The translations under genes and the position numbers were made by a program. A model generated the notes under the pieces. The model had not been told where the DNA came from and did not search any database. It saw only the letters and a program-made list of their open reading frames with translations. Below are positions 35,980-48,288 of a DNA stretch of 64,000 nt, piece after piece; the first letter of the stretch is position 1; every line of letters begins with the position of its first letter. This DNA is from Ruditapes philippinarum (taxonomy: Eukaryota). The stretch is taken from the NCBI RefSeq assembly GCF_026571515.1, contig NW_026856964.1, forward strand, positions 124,001-188,000, written 5' to 3'.

Positions 35980-38900
35980 ATGAAAATACTATTTCTATTT
36001 TCGGTCGTTTATTTTCTAAATGTTCAAACCTGTTTTTGCGTTAAAGGGTCCGATGATAACTTCAAAGGGAAGAACACGATCAACGGTATTCTAGAAAGAC
36101 TTAAGGCAGCTGAAAAACAAATACAGGTACCTGCTTTGTTTCTTATACTCTGTTTCACGTCATACACGTGCTTTATCACGTGACGTCGCTTGGCCTAGTC
36201 TGAGACAAAAATGTTTGGTTCCAAGCCTAGTTTACTATATAGGCCAGTTTTTTTTAATATTAAGAAAAGTTCAATATATAGCATGTTATGCTTTTTAAAG
36301 CTGCATACATCCAGATGAGCCAAGCTGTTTCAATAATATCAAACATGAGAAAAATGTACTACTTAAGTAAAAACAATTCAAGACTGACGCAGTAAAGGCT
36401 ATTTTTGCAGATGTTGACCTTTTTTTGCAATGTGTTTGTTACTTTCCATGTTTACACACAATATTAATTTTTACTTTTAAATACATTTTCAAAATTTTCA
36501 TGAAAAAAATGCATCAATCTGCAGGTACGCTGCTTTAAAATGAATATTGTTTCGTCTTAGAACAGGGCAAAAATGTGTTTAAATAAACAAGGTATAAATA
36601 TTTGATATAAAACATGTCGGGCGTATGTAGCATTGGATATTAACCAACTGTCATAGCAAACACGTAAACAAAACTTTAGTTGTTGTTGTTTTTTATTTCC
36701 ATACAAAATACTAAATTACTGTAACTGTACTTATAAAAACACATACTAAGAGATAAAAGATGGTTTAGATAAAATGCGTACTTTTTCCTGTAAAGTGTAC
36801 ACTGCATCTACAACATCTATATATATATATCACTCGGTTCGGGCCAGTGTTCAATAAAGGTTTGACTAAGTACTCGTCCAATAGAGGTCAGTGTTATACT
36901 CAACAATGCATTATATATATAATAACTTGAACATATCTTCCATATTTACCTATAGATGTGTTAAATGTTTATGTTATTGATGTTGTTATTTTAGGTACTT
37001 CAGAAAACAATCTCTGCCCACCAAGACAACGGCAACAAAAAATTAAACTTGGCTAACACGCGATCCATTACCAATGGTATGTTAAAGCAAAATACATTCT
37101 GGTATTATGCCATCTTGATAAACTTAAATTTGAATACACCATCTGAGTAATATGTTTGATCAGGTTTTATACCATCTGTGCATAATTATGGCAATTTTGT
37201 AGTATCATATACTGACTGGGTATACTTAATTACTGTACCATTATTTCTAAAAAGTTTGCGATCTGCGAAATGTTACATGGAATAATGTCATCTGAGTTTA
37301 CTAAAATTCAGGTATTATGCTGCCAGGGTAAAGTTGTAATTTTAAATAATGCAAATTTATTATAATTTATACTTAAAAATGAATTATACAGCAGTTTAGT
37401 GTCCAACTTTATTTGTCATCCAATGAAAACGCTGTATTTCTTAAAAAAGATGTGCGTTAATTTTCATAGAAGTACAAAAGTCGATACTATATCGAATTCC
37501 GTCCATAGTCGACTTCTATTTTTCATAGTACTTCATAAAACCGCGTAGTGGCGTAATACAGTGAATGATAATGGGGCCAAATAAAGCTTGACACTAAATA
37601 TGTTAGTATTCATCCGTGCTGTTCTACAGAAATTAGAAACATTCTCCTGTCGCTATCGCTCCCGTCGAAGTTTCTAATTTCTGTAGAACAGCACGGATGA
37701 ACACTAACATATACATGGATGAAATAAAATGCATATTTTCATTTTCATATTTTCATTGTAAAAATATATTTTTTTCTCTGCAATGAAACATGTTTTCCGT
37801 ATTTTCACTGGTGTCTTTCCAGACTTTTTTCTTCAAAATTCATATCAAATATAAATATAAGGAAGTCAATCTAATCGTTAGGTCAAAAAAGTATGTAACG
37901 AGCAGATGATGCGATTTTCATCTCGATCATGATGTGAAAATTATCATATTTCACTCGTGGCTACCGCAACTTGTGAAATATTTATTTTCATTCCACCCGA
38001 TTAAAATAAATCCCATATTCATAGAAAAAAATATCCTAGTAAAGATTACTTATGTTATATGTATAATGCCGCCATTGTATACTAGAATCTAAGATTTATT
38101 CCATCTGGAACTATATCATTTTAGAATACTTATAGTTTATGCCATCTTGGTACACATTTAGAATATAGCTTGGTTTACATTTGTACCTTTAAAGGTATAC
38201 ACAATCAGTGATTAGGATAATTTTCGCGTTAGTCGGTTATCTTTCAATTTCTAATCTAAGACGGATAATTTTTCCTAACGATCATGGCTTTACATAATGA
38301 TTGCTGTCACTGCATGAAGATCGCTCTTTTCATACAGCGATGATACATAATTATAAAAATGACATCTTGTATCGTGATACACTGGATTTATACAAAAAAG
38401 TTAATGATTGAACACTTTACCTAAAAACGCCCGGTTAGCTCTGATAAGTAGAGCGGTGGACTTTGAATCTATTAGGTTCCCGGACGACGCAGGTCACTTT
38501 TGTTGTGATTGATCATGAACTCTTTTCTACGGTCATTTGCACTGTACCTCTGCTCTTGTATGTACAGAAGTAATCAGTTCCTTGCAAAAGTGAAGGGAAC
38601 TAGTACTGGTAAACTGCTTGACAGCCTGCCCAGGAGCGATGCGGTGGCTGAACTGTGCTCTGGCACACTTCACCTAATTCATGTTTTTCATTTCAGGTAA
38701 CACGGCAATCGGTTTTACGGCATGTTTGTCGGTGTCTGGAGACGTCAAATATGAACGTGATCAGACAATCATTTTCGACAAAGTATTTACAAACGTAGGT
38801 CACGGCTACAATTCCCATTCTGGCGTTTTTACTGCCCCGCGGAGGGGATTATATGTGTTCCATTTAGCTGCTATGGCACGTTCAGAAACGAGCAAATTAC

Positions 38901-39106
38901 TAGATCTTGTTAAAGACGGAAACAGATTGGACACAGCATATGTCGGTGCCCATGGTGCGATTGACTATCAGTCTGTCTCTAAAGAATGGGCTCTGCAGTT
39001 AGAGCAGGGCTCTCAAGTTTGGATTAAGGAAGGCAGTTATCATGGAGATATAATAGATGGGTGGTGTAAAACGGCTTTCACCGGCTATATGGTGGGCGCA
39101 ATGTGA
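35980..39106 (+). CDS. Secreted C1q domain-containing protein (signal peptide, coiled coil, gC1q), 212 aa
   Basis: Exons 35980-36126, 36995-37076 and 38697-39106 (phases 0,1). Hydrophobic signal peptide; coiled coil ILERLKAAEKQIQVLQKTI; gC1q motifs IGFTACL, IIFDKVFTNVGHGY, GVFTAPRRGLYVF, LQLEQGSQVWI, FTGYMV. AATAAA at 39134. Confidence 0.9.
36299..36534. mobile_element. Short TTAA-flanked MITE (Kolobok-like)
   Basis: Imperfect TIRs AGCTGCATACATCCAGAT / ATCTGCAGGTACGCTGCT, each flanked by TTAA. Confidence 0.55.
37599..37711. mobile_element. Palindromic mini-MITE / fold-back element
   Basis: About 42-bp near-perfect inverted repeats (tatgttagtattcatccgtgctgttctacagaaattagaaac) around a short spacer. 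Confidence 0.7.
38428..38665 (+). mobile_element. Degenerate tRNA-derived SINE in C1q intron 2
   Basis: The head gcccggttagctc...gtagagcg is followed by a core-like segment ttgatcatgaa...tctacggtcatt...cagtt; the B box is decayed. Confidence 0.55.
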
Positions 39107-40630
39107 TGTCATGATAATGTTAATATTAACAAGAATAAATACATGTACAATGCTGAAGTTTGAGTATTATCTATTTTAGCACAATTGTGAAGACGTAATG
39201 AGGCTTATTTGTCCATACTTTCGTTCGCAACCCTGAAACTACCAATAACTTGAGTCGTTTGTCAATATGTGTGCATGAACAAAGTAGAACTCGAACCTAT
39301 ATCCATAGATAGATAGACAGAAGATACCCTAACCAAAATATGCATTTATTATTTACAAAAGTACATTCATAATAAGTACTCAATATCTCAAACTTATAGT
39401 CTATAATGAGGCTGATTTTGTTGTTAAAGGTCTTGTTCACATAACCTCTTCGCAAATTAGATCGTTAACATTCTATTTTATAATGCGGTCCGACCAATAT
39501 TCTCCGAAGTTTCAAGGAAAAGGGCTTACATCCGTTTGTCAATATAGGTTACTTCCTTGACTGGAACACTGCACTTTATTATCATTCTGTCTTGTTTCCT
39601 TGCGTAGTTTAAACAACAATATAAGCGCTTTCGAAATTTAAATTTAGAAATAAAAAGAAAAAAAGTCAAAACAATATGAGCATTCGGTGGATAACATTAT
39701 AATGTCTCCAAAATACTTATTTACCGTTCGTAAGGGGACGTAAATATGTGTATATAAAATGATAAAGGTGATTGAATTATTTCCCTTTGATATATATAGC
39801 AAGTGATTAATATTCAAGAGTTGACAGGTTGTGTTTAAGTAACACAGGGGGTAAGGTCTCTGGTTTAATCAAGGGACACTGTTTGAGCTGCCAAAAATGC
39901 AGTAAAACAAGGTTTTAATCCTTAAATAAAATACATATATTAGACTGATACATGTACCCTATTTCAAAAGAAATAAGCTCATGAACTTTAGATGCATGAT
40001 CTAATAATAATAAATTTACTGCACTTTGAAATGTGTCACAAAAATAGTCCTTTTGGGGGCTTCATGGTTATCAAGGCAGGTTAACACAATTCTTGACTTT
40101 CAGTGTATACTCTTTTACATATTTGCAACAACTCAATGAATGACTTTGAAAAATGTGAAATTCTAGCATTGTTATGGTTACAAAAATTGGAAAATCGGAA
40201 GATTTTATAAAAAATTATTATATATTATTATATCTTCCTCTTGTCGAAATTTTGCGACCCCCTCCCCGCCATCCCCTCTTGTAAGAAACCTACATGTAGC
40301 TAGGACCCGCTCCTGATCATGTAAGATGAAATCACTTGCCTTAAATTATGATAGGCTTGTACTTTGTAAGATTCAAAGTTTTATATTTTGAAGGAAGTAC
40401 TTAATTAAATGTAATATGATTAAAGTAACACTCTTGGGCTGTGTAAATCAAATGCATTTTTAAAATGACAGCACTAATTAAAGTCTTATAAAAACGGCGA
40501 GTTCGACTTATGATTTAGACTTGAAACATTGATCTTTACATTATGTTGTACTTCAAACTGACCACGCAGTGACCTGACCTTCAATCACAAGCCGCATAGC
40601 TTAAATTTAAACTTGACCTTGGAGATAAAT

Positions 40631-40865
40631 GAGCCGTGTCACGACATAACCAACATAATGGGCTTGCGACCAGCATGGATCCAGACCAGCCTGCGCATCC
40701 GCGCAGTCTGATCAGGATCCATGCTGTTCGCTTACAAACCCTATAACAAGTAGAGAAATTGATAGCGAACAGCATGTATCCTGATCAGACTGCGCGGATT
40801 CGCAGGCTGGTCTGGATCCATGCTGGTCGCAAACGCATCACGTTGGTTTTGTCGTGACACGGCTC
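40631..40865. mobile_element. MITE with long TIRs and 4-bp TSD (Sola2-like ends)
   Basis: GAGCCGTGTCACGAC...GTCGTGACACGGCTC termini with about 100 bp of inverted repeat, and an AAAT duplication on both sides. Confidence 0.85.
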
Positions 40866-42723
40866 AAATAATCCGATAGTTTATAAGCGATGGTAAAATG
40901 ATAGTATATATTGTATTATAAATACGGCACATAAGTTTAGTTTTAGTTCACGAGTTGAAGGCTGTGTCCTTTATTGATCACATAGTTATACAGTAGTTGC
41001 TTTTTTTGTTTATTTCTTCTTCTAAAAATAGATAATCTTGTATATTAATGTGATTGGTTGTACTGGGTGAAATTAGACAGGTTTAGTTATCTGTGGTTAT
41101 ATAAAAATAATGCATAATTCAATTGTGATTATAAATGCCCTCTAACCACCCCGAGAAATAGCCCATACTTTAACATTCTTCATTCTGAAGAAACAACATC
41201 ATGCATATGGTTGTATGTATGTATGTAATAAGTTGTCCTCATCATGGGCTTATTAGCCTTTTGATAATGAAATAAATGAATATCGTATCTTGTAATGCAC
41301 CGGCAAAATCTCTGACAATGTCGAATCCGAAACATTATAAGAAATTATAATCTAAAATTTATTAAATTTTATCATGTATAGGATCGAACTCGCGCCCAGT
41401 TGAATTATACCAGAATGCGTTGCTGCTATGCAACTTGCTCTATAACTCTTATAAAGTTCAATCGAACCTTTCTGCAGAGTAGCGGGCCACTTCCGTCAGT
41501 CGCTCGAACTTGTTTTTCACACTTGACATGCTGGAACCAAAAATGGTTAGTCAATACCACCAGTACAGAGCCAATCCAGTCTGCACTTCCGTGGTGTCTT
41601 ACCAGCCTAAACCCAACTAGTACTGTTGGTAGCTCACTTTTGATGATTTAATTGATATCTTCTAAGACCTTTAAAATAGCTTTAAAATAGACTGTTCCAC
41701 ATTCTCTTGGTAAACGTCGTGTTTATGTTTCAAATCTTCTTTCTGATTGGCCATTTAATAATTATTGTTGCTTTATGATCATAATTAAAATATCGTAGTA
41801 GTTTGAAAAACGATTTATGTCGGTGCGGTGCGCGTGATATTTAAATTATAAATTAAAAATGCCGTCGCGGTATAATTTTTTTTTTTTTTTTTTTGCATAA
41901 TTTATTCTTATAATGCATATGCTTTCAGCACGTGATTATACCTCGCGTATAAACAAAATAAATATTATTATTCTTGTGAGTCATGCAATTTGTCATCCTG
42001 ATTTTTTAAGACATGTGATAGATACCAAAGATGAAGCACGTGACGGAAATCTTAATAATATTAAAGCAATGTTTAGCATTCAGGCGCACACAATGAAACT
42101 GTTAGATCTTCTTAACTCAAATATCCGACTATCACTAATTATATTTCTTCTTTTCCGAAGATTGGCGGAAAGCACCGAAAAAGTTTAGCGACTTCTGTGC
42201 ATCTTGCGAATATTTCGCGCATATTGTCCATGCAATTGTGCTATTACTCACGGTGTTTGATGATTTTATGTCACATCAGCAGATTATACAAGGTTAACTT
42301 CATATATCAACCCTTCACCTTGGTCACGAAATTTTTATGTAACGCTATAGTACAAAATAAATGAAGTGATCGACCAGGGTCTTTCAAATGGCAAATTCTA
42401 TTCATTGACTCACTGGCAATTGATTGGCATCATTTTAACGACTTAAAGTACCTATTCCGAACGTTGTCATTTTTAAAAAAAATTAAAGCAGCATGCCACC
42501 ACATTCATGATAATTTTCGTGACAGTTTTGAAAATGCGTTTTAAACCCATAATTTTATTTCCAGTACCTGTATCAGCAACCAGAGCGATTTAACCTGTAC
42601 GTACAGGCCGCCTTTCAGAACAGGCCCCTTAGAGATTTGACTGGCTAACAAAATTAGGAATATCGCATTTCATATCATAATAGACCGATGCTAGTGAAAA
42701 CGTTCAATATAAAGTGAACAAAA

Positions 42724-43625
42724 TACGGAATGCCGTTAGGGCCATCGCCTATGAATGTGTTGATCTAAAACGCGATAGTCGATAGTACGATGGTGAAAAC
42801 GCGAAATCACGAAACTACGATGGTGAAAACGCGAAAGCACGATGATGAAAACGCGATAGTACGATGATGAAAACGCGACAGTACGATACTACGATGATGA
42901 AAACGCGATAAACTATCGTGTTTTCACCATCGTACTGTCGCGTTTTCACCATCGTAGTTTCGTGATTTCGCGTTTTCATCATCGTACTGTCGAGTATCGC
43001 GTTTCAGATCAAACCATTCATAGGCGATGGCCCTAACGGCATTCCGGAATGCCGTTAGGGCCATCGCCTATGAATGTGTTAATCTGAAACGCGATAGTCG
43101 ATAGTAAGATGGTGAAAACACGAAATCACGAAACTACGATGGTGAAAACGCGATAGTACGATGATGAAAACGCGATAGTACGATGATGAAAACGCGATAG
43201 TACGATGATGAAAACACGACAGTACGACGGTGAAAACGCGATAGTACGATGATGAAAACACGACAGTACGATGATGAAAACGCGATAGTACGATGGTGAA
43301 AACGCGATAGTACGATGATGAAAACACGACAGTACGATGATGAAAACGCGAAATCACGAAACTACGATGGTGAAAACGCGAAATCACGAAACTACGATGG
43401 TGAAAACGCGACAGTACGATGGTGAAAACACGAAAGTTTATCGCATTTTCATCATCGTAGTATCATACTGTCGCGTTTTCATCATCGTACTATCGCGTTT
43501 TCATCATCGTAATTTCGCGTTTTCACCATCGTAGTTTCGTGATTTCGCGTTTTCACCATCGTACTATCGACTATCGCGTTTCAGATCAACACATTCATAG
43601 GCGATGGCCCTAACGGCATTCCGTA
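42724..43625. mobile_element. Tandem dimer of a non-autonomous fold-back DNA transposon (IS3EU-like ends) with internal ~22-bp repeats
   Basis: TACGGAATGCCGTTAGGGCC... and ...GGCCCTAACGGCATTCCGTA termini with a 6-bp TSD, ACAAAA (42718-42723, 43626-43631). Internal end-to-end junction at 43045/43046. Subrepeat: ACGATGATGAAAACGCGATAGT. Confidence 0.85.
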
Positions 43626-43900
43626 ACAAAACGGTTTGTATCTAAAAAAACAAAAACACCTGTAAGCTATGTAATTTGCATGCCTACTGATGGTTCTGTC
43701 CTTGTGTTAGGATGAGCTTGCATTTCATGGGTAGGCCTATAGCTGTACGCTCTTGTGAGATAAACCCATTACATTGTCGCTGTTTTAGAGTATGGTATGC
43801 AGCACTGCCCAGGTTGACTATATATGTTGTGTAATTTTAACTATTTTTCTTACCGTGAAGATATAATGTTTGAATATTTTGTTAAACCTTTGACATTTTA

Positions 43901-45709
43901 GGCCTAAATTAAAAATAGCTTTGTTTGCTGTCTCCCGACCGACCCTAAAAAAACGCTGCGCTCCGAAAAATTTTATTTGCTCTCGCCGACCATTTTTTTT
44001 TATTTTTTTTTTCTGGTGCCGCATATTTTTACCGATATCCGTTCAATAACGGCGTGTAGTATTCTGGTTCCCGCGTATTATTCGTCACGTGTATCGACTA
44101 TCAAGTACCGCCGGGTAAAAGTTGATTGTGTACACATCCGTTACAATTTTGCAAAACGAAAGTAAGAAGATCTTCAAGAAGACGAGTATTTTATCATCTC
44201 GTCAACATTTATTATTACGTTTATTCAACTTTGTTGAAAAATAACCTCCACGAGAATGAATTTGTCTGGGCATGGGCCGATCTGTTGAATGACGTCGAGG
44301 ATTTTTACCCGAAAAAAATCGGACGTTCTTACGGTATGCTTAAATACTGGTTTGGGTTAAAAACTTACTGAGTGCTCATGTAATCGACTTAAAATAAAGT
44401 TTTTGTAAATAAATAAAGTTTCTTGTATGTACTCATTCATTTATAAGTACCAGTATTTATTAAATAATCATTTTCTTCAACCAGCAAATGCACTAATCTT
44501 ATTGTTTTCAGTACCACCTGTCTTAGTATTTGAACCATTTCAGCACTCGTTTATCACATTTTCTCATTATTGCAGGGCTTTAAGAATAGTCTTCTAGTGG
44601 CTCAAAATGCAAGGCACTGAATGCGGATAAACCAAGGTGTATTTACTCCAAGAATAAATTGACAGGGAAACATGATCTCTAAAACACAACCTTGAGAAAT
44701 TTGATTACAACTGTGTTTCAGTCATTACAGTTGATGGTTAGTATTGGTATTGCACATTGTTGTGCTTATTTTCTTGAAATAGTGATGTCAAAATGTTTTT
44801 ACATAATCAACTGAAAGTAGAAACCTGATTTTATTCTTTCTTACATATTTCCCATGGTGTTTGTATAATTAAAAATGTTAAAATAATTGCATTTTTGGCA
44901 AAATCTGTATTGCATAAAGTCTAGCCTTCTGTCTGTTTTCATAGGAGATGCTCTGCAAGGGAGAGTGTTTGTATGACTGCAGATGTCATGTCAATCTCAC
45001 GTGGAGTTCCCTTACTGTGCCTCCAACATTGGACGACCAGATATTTGTGCCCATTGTGATGAGCCAGAAGCACAGAGAAATCCAGAACTGTTAACAAAGT
45101 TTAGGATTGTACTTTCAGTTTATGAGCAATGCATCAATGTCCACAAGAAAGACATTCCCCATAGATGTCCTATAAAAAATGAATACTGTGAACCTAAATT
45201 TTGTTGGTATACTGTGGCTTAACTGTTTACTTGTCTGAAGTTGCTTAGTGTTTGAAATTGTTTTTCTGGTTGTGTCACTAACTATTCATTTCAGTGGAAA
45301 AAAAATGTAAGCAGACTTTAAACTGTTGATGTATAATGATGCCTTTTGTTGTTCAGTAGTTATTTTGCATAATATATTTGAGTATATTTGTGTGTTTTAG
45401 TCATCCTCTCACATGTTGGGTGAATGTTCGAAATTTTGCTTTTGTTACATGTATTGTTATTAAAAAGAACTATACTTCTTGTATTGACTAATTGAAAGAT
45501 ATACAAACTGAAATAAAAAGTAAGATATATCAATTTTAAAAAATTTTATTCGCTTTTTTATTAAACCGTTTTTTCCAACAAACAGAATCAAACCAAAAAC
45601 ATACATGTATGTATTTTTAAAAAAAAAAAAAAAAAAATCCCTACCTACCTACCCAACTCTAAAAAGGAGGGTCGGGAGACAGCAAACAAAGACTTTTTTA
45701 AATGTGGCC
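43901..45709 (+). mobile_element. Internally deleted DNA transposon (Zator- or Harbinger-like) with transposase C-terminal remnants
   Basis: About 45-bp imperfect TIRs (GGCC...ctttgtttgctgtctcccgacc / ggtcgggagacagcaaacaaag...GGCC) and a 3-bp TTA TSD. Decayed Cys-rich coding remnants (VAQNAR..EC.KPRCIYSK; SCQSHVEFPY..DICAHC) lie at about 44590-45190. Confidence 0.7.
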
Positions 45710-47766
45710 TTATTACAATTGTAGTAACTCAACGATGAGTATTTAGCGTGTGATAGATAAGAGACTAAGTTGAGTATTTGTCAACTTTAGGCTTTAATTA
45801 CGTCACCATTCTTGTTATCATAAACCGCACCATCATAAACCGCACCCGGTTCGTGTATCTGAGTCATTTTCGGTATTTTAAAATCACGAGTGAGTTATTA
45901 TGATATTAGTGTTGCTTGTTTACCTATCAACGTGAGCTTAACTTACTGAGAGTACGAACCCCGGACAAGTCGCAATTCATGTCTTAAAACTATAGATGGC
46001 CTATAAATTTTGAATTCAGGAATTCATTGTATGATAACAAATATGTACCCAAGTCGATTTTAACTAAACTTTAGTAAGTAACTGAATTTAATAGCGTTAA
46101 AATGTATATATTGAAATTCGGAGACCTTCGTCAGAGTCGGGAAGGGCCGAAAGTTGCGTTGTTTTAACATTGCGTGAATTTATGCGAAATTCTCTGAAAT
46201 AACTTGTATTTTCATAAAAAATATATATTTAATTCTAATTCTTTTGCATTGAATTCTAAAACTTGTTTATTTTAATTAAGATGACCAAGCAACAATAATC
46301 TCGTCGCAGTTAATCTTGTTATAATCCTAATCCAAACAATGTATGACATAAAATAAAATTGTTCGCATGTCCACATTCGTCCAAGTTGGTTTAAAAACGG
46401 ATTTACAAAGTGAAGTTCAAGTTCGCACATGTTCCGTAAAGTGCTATTATTACAATTACAATGAAAAAACAAACAACAATATTTATTATTTCTTTATTTG
46501 ACTTTGTCATTTTCACTGTAGGATAACAATTTAAAGATTCAACAATACTTGACGTAACATCAAATATTACAGAAAATAAATAAGCGTTAAATAAAACGAT
46601 ATCATACATGTATATACAAAATGAACACTGACCATCTTTTTAATTTGTTACGATTTTGTAAATGATAACAGACGGGCACGTTTCATTTAAAATGTTTTTA
46701 ACAATCAAATGAATGGTCGGCTTCTTCCAACATACGTTATGCAGCACGAGATCACGTGTAAACTTTTTTGTAATCCCGGATCTTCAACGTATTTGAATAA
46801 TGGTATACATATACTAAAAGTGTGACTGTAAATTGTGTTTATATGCTGCTAAAAAACTGTAACATCGTTTTATATAATGTGGCGTTTTTCCTTACATACA
46901 TGTGATATAATTTTTATGGAATCATTAACGTATGATTAAACGGGCACAGCCAGCGTTAAACAGTAGTAAAATATCATATATAAGTGCAAACTTGTTATAA
47001 AAGAACTATCCTACCATAACATCACAGTATATACATGTATATGTACTTGTATTTTATCAATAGGTGTGGGATAGTTCAGAGTTGGTGACGTGTATCGGTG
47101 AATCGTACTTTTCCAAATACACATATAAATAAACATTTACACCCCCCCCCCCCCCCCGAAAAAAAACTTAGTCTTTAACAAATATGAAAGTTATTCTAAC
47201 ACTCAGCGCATGTTGTTTGAAATATTAATTAATTGAACATAATTATTCACATAAGAAATAGTATAAGCGTTGCATTAGTCAATAAAGATGTCCCTTGCAA
47301 AATCACATGTTGCATAAATTACACCAATGACAAGTGACATAACTTAACTTAGTTAATGAAACCTTCAATAAAATAACGTAATATATCAGTTAAATGAAAA
47401 ATAAAATTAATAAAACAAAGATTAGAGGAAATTTAAGGTAAATAATAGACTTAGATATTATCCAACACATTTTGACACTGAAAAGTGTACTTAAGGCACT
47501 CATTACGAAACTCTGCTGTCAAATATTATTTTGCTGTAATTTTTTCACCTGTCAACTGTCAGTGTCACGTGTGTTATGAACGGCGTTTGTGCGTACAGCA
47601 GGCACGTGAGCGTTATTTAATGTTCAAAATGCGTGATGCATGCATCTTTAATTGCGTTGGATGAATAATTGCAAATGTTTACTTTGACCTCATTGACGAA
47701 GCTATTCGACGAATTTTGCATTGATAAATATGAATGAACACTATTCGAATACTCGTTCGGGCCTCC

Positions 47767-48288
47767 TCAGATAGTAAATTTCTTGGTTTTCTTAACGCCA
47801 ACTTGATCTTCGTACGCGTCGCCTAGAAATTTAGCAGTGTCCGACAATTGATGTAACAGCCCAAATAATCCTTGTAAATGATGTCTAAATGCCTGAGCGG
47901 TTTTCGTGGCCGCATCCTGTTGCACACCGTCATCGGAAGAATCGTCACTAAGGGTGTCCGAATCACCGTCCGATTCACTTAAACTGGTTATCCGATGTGA
48001 ACTTAAGGGACCTTTTCCACTTAAAAGTTCTCCTTTTACTGCATTTATCATTTCATAATAACTATACAAGTCCTCACCGTTTCCCGAAGTGAATGGTAAC
48101 ACAGCCATATTATTGTTCTCCTCAGTGGGTTCCAAGTTCGAGTTTTGGTTGAGCTGCATGTCCCGAAGTCGACTCGGCACCATCACCTTTTCGTCCATAA
48201 TATTCACTGTCTCAACAAATTTGTTTAACACAGACATCAATGATTGACTGCTACATTTCTCACACATCTGATGTTTTCTATTAGCCAT
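47767..48288 (-). CDS. MID1IP1: Spot14/MIG12 family protein (Mid1-interacting protein 1-like), single coding exon, 173 aa
   Basis: Family blocks SLMSVLNKFVETVNIMDEKVMVPSRLRD, DLYSYYEMINAVK and FRHHLQGLFGLLHQLSDTAKFL..AY. Confidence 0.92.
   Translation of the reverse strand: MANRKHQMCEKCSSQSLMSVLNKFVETVNIMDEKVMVPSRLRDMQLNQNSNLEPTEENNNMAVLPFTSGNGEDLYSYYEMINAVKGELLSGKGPLSSHRITSLSESDGDSDTLSDDSSDDGVQQDAATKTAQAFRHHLQGLFGLLHQLSDTAKFLGDAYEDQVGVKKTKKFTI

Noticed and set aside
42780-43570. Regular ~22-bp repeats resembling a CRISPR array, plus ORFs 43079-43387 and 43337-43534
   Set aside because: There are no unique spacers and no cas genes, and the context is eukaryotic. The repeats are TIR subrepeats and the ORFs are their by-products.
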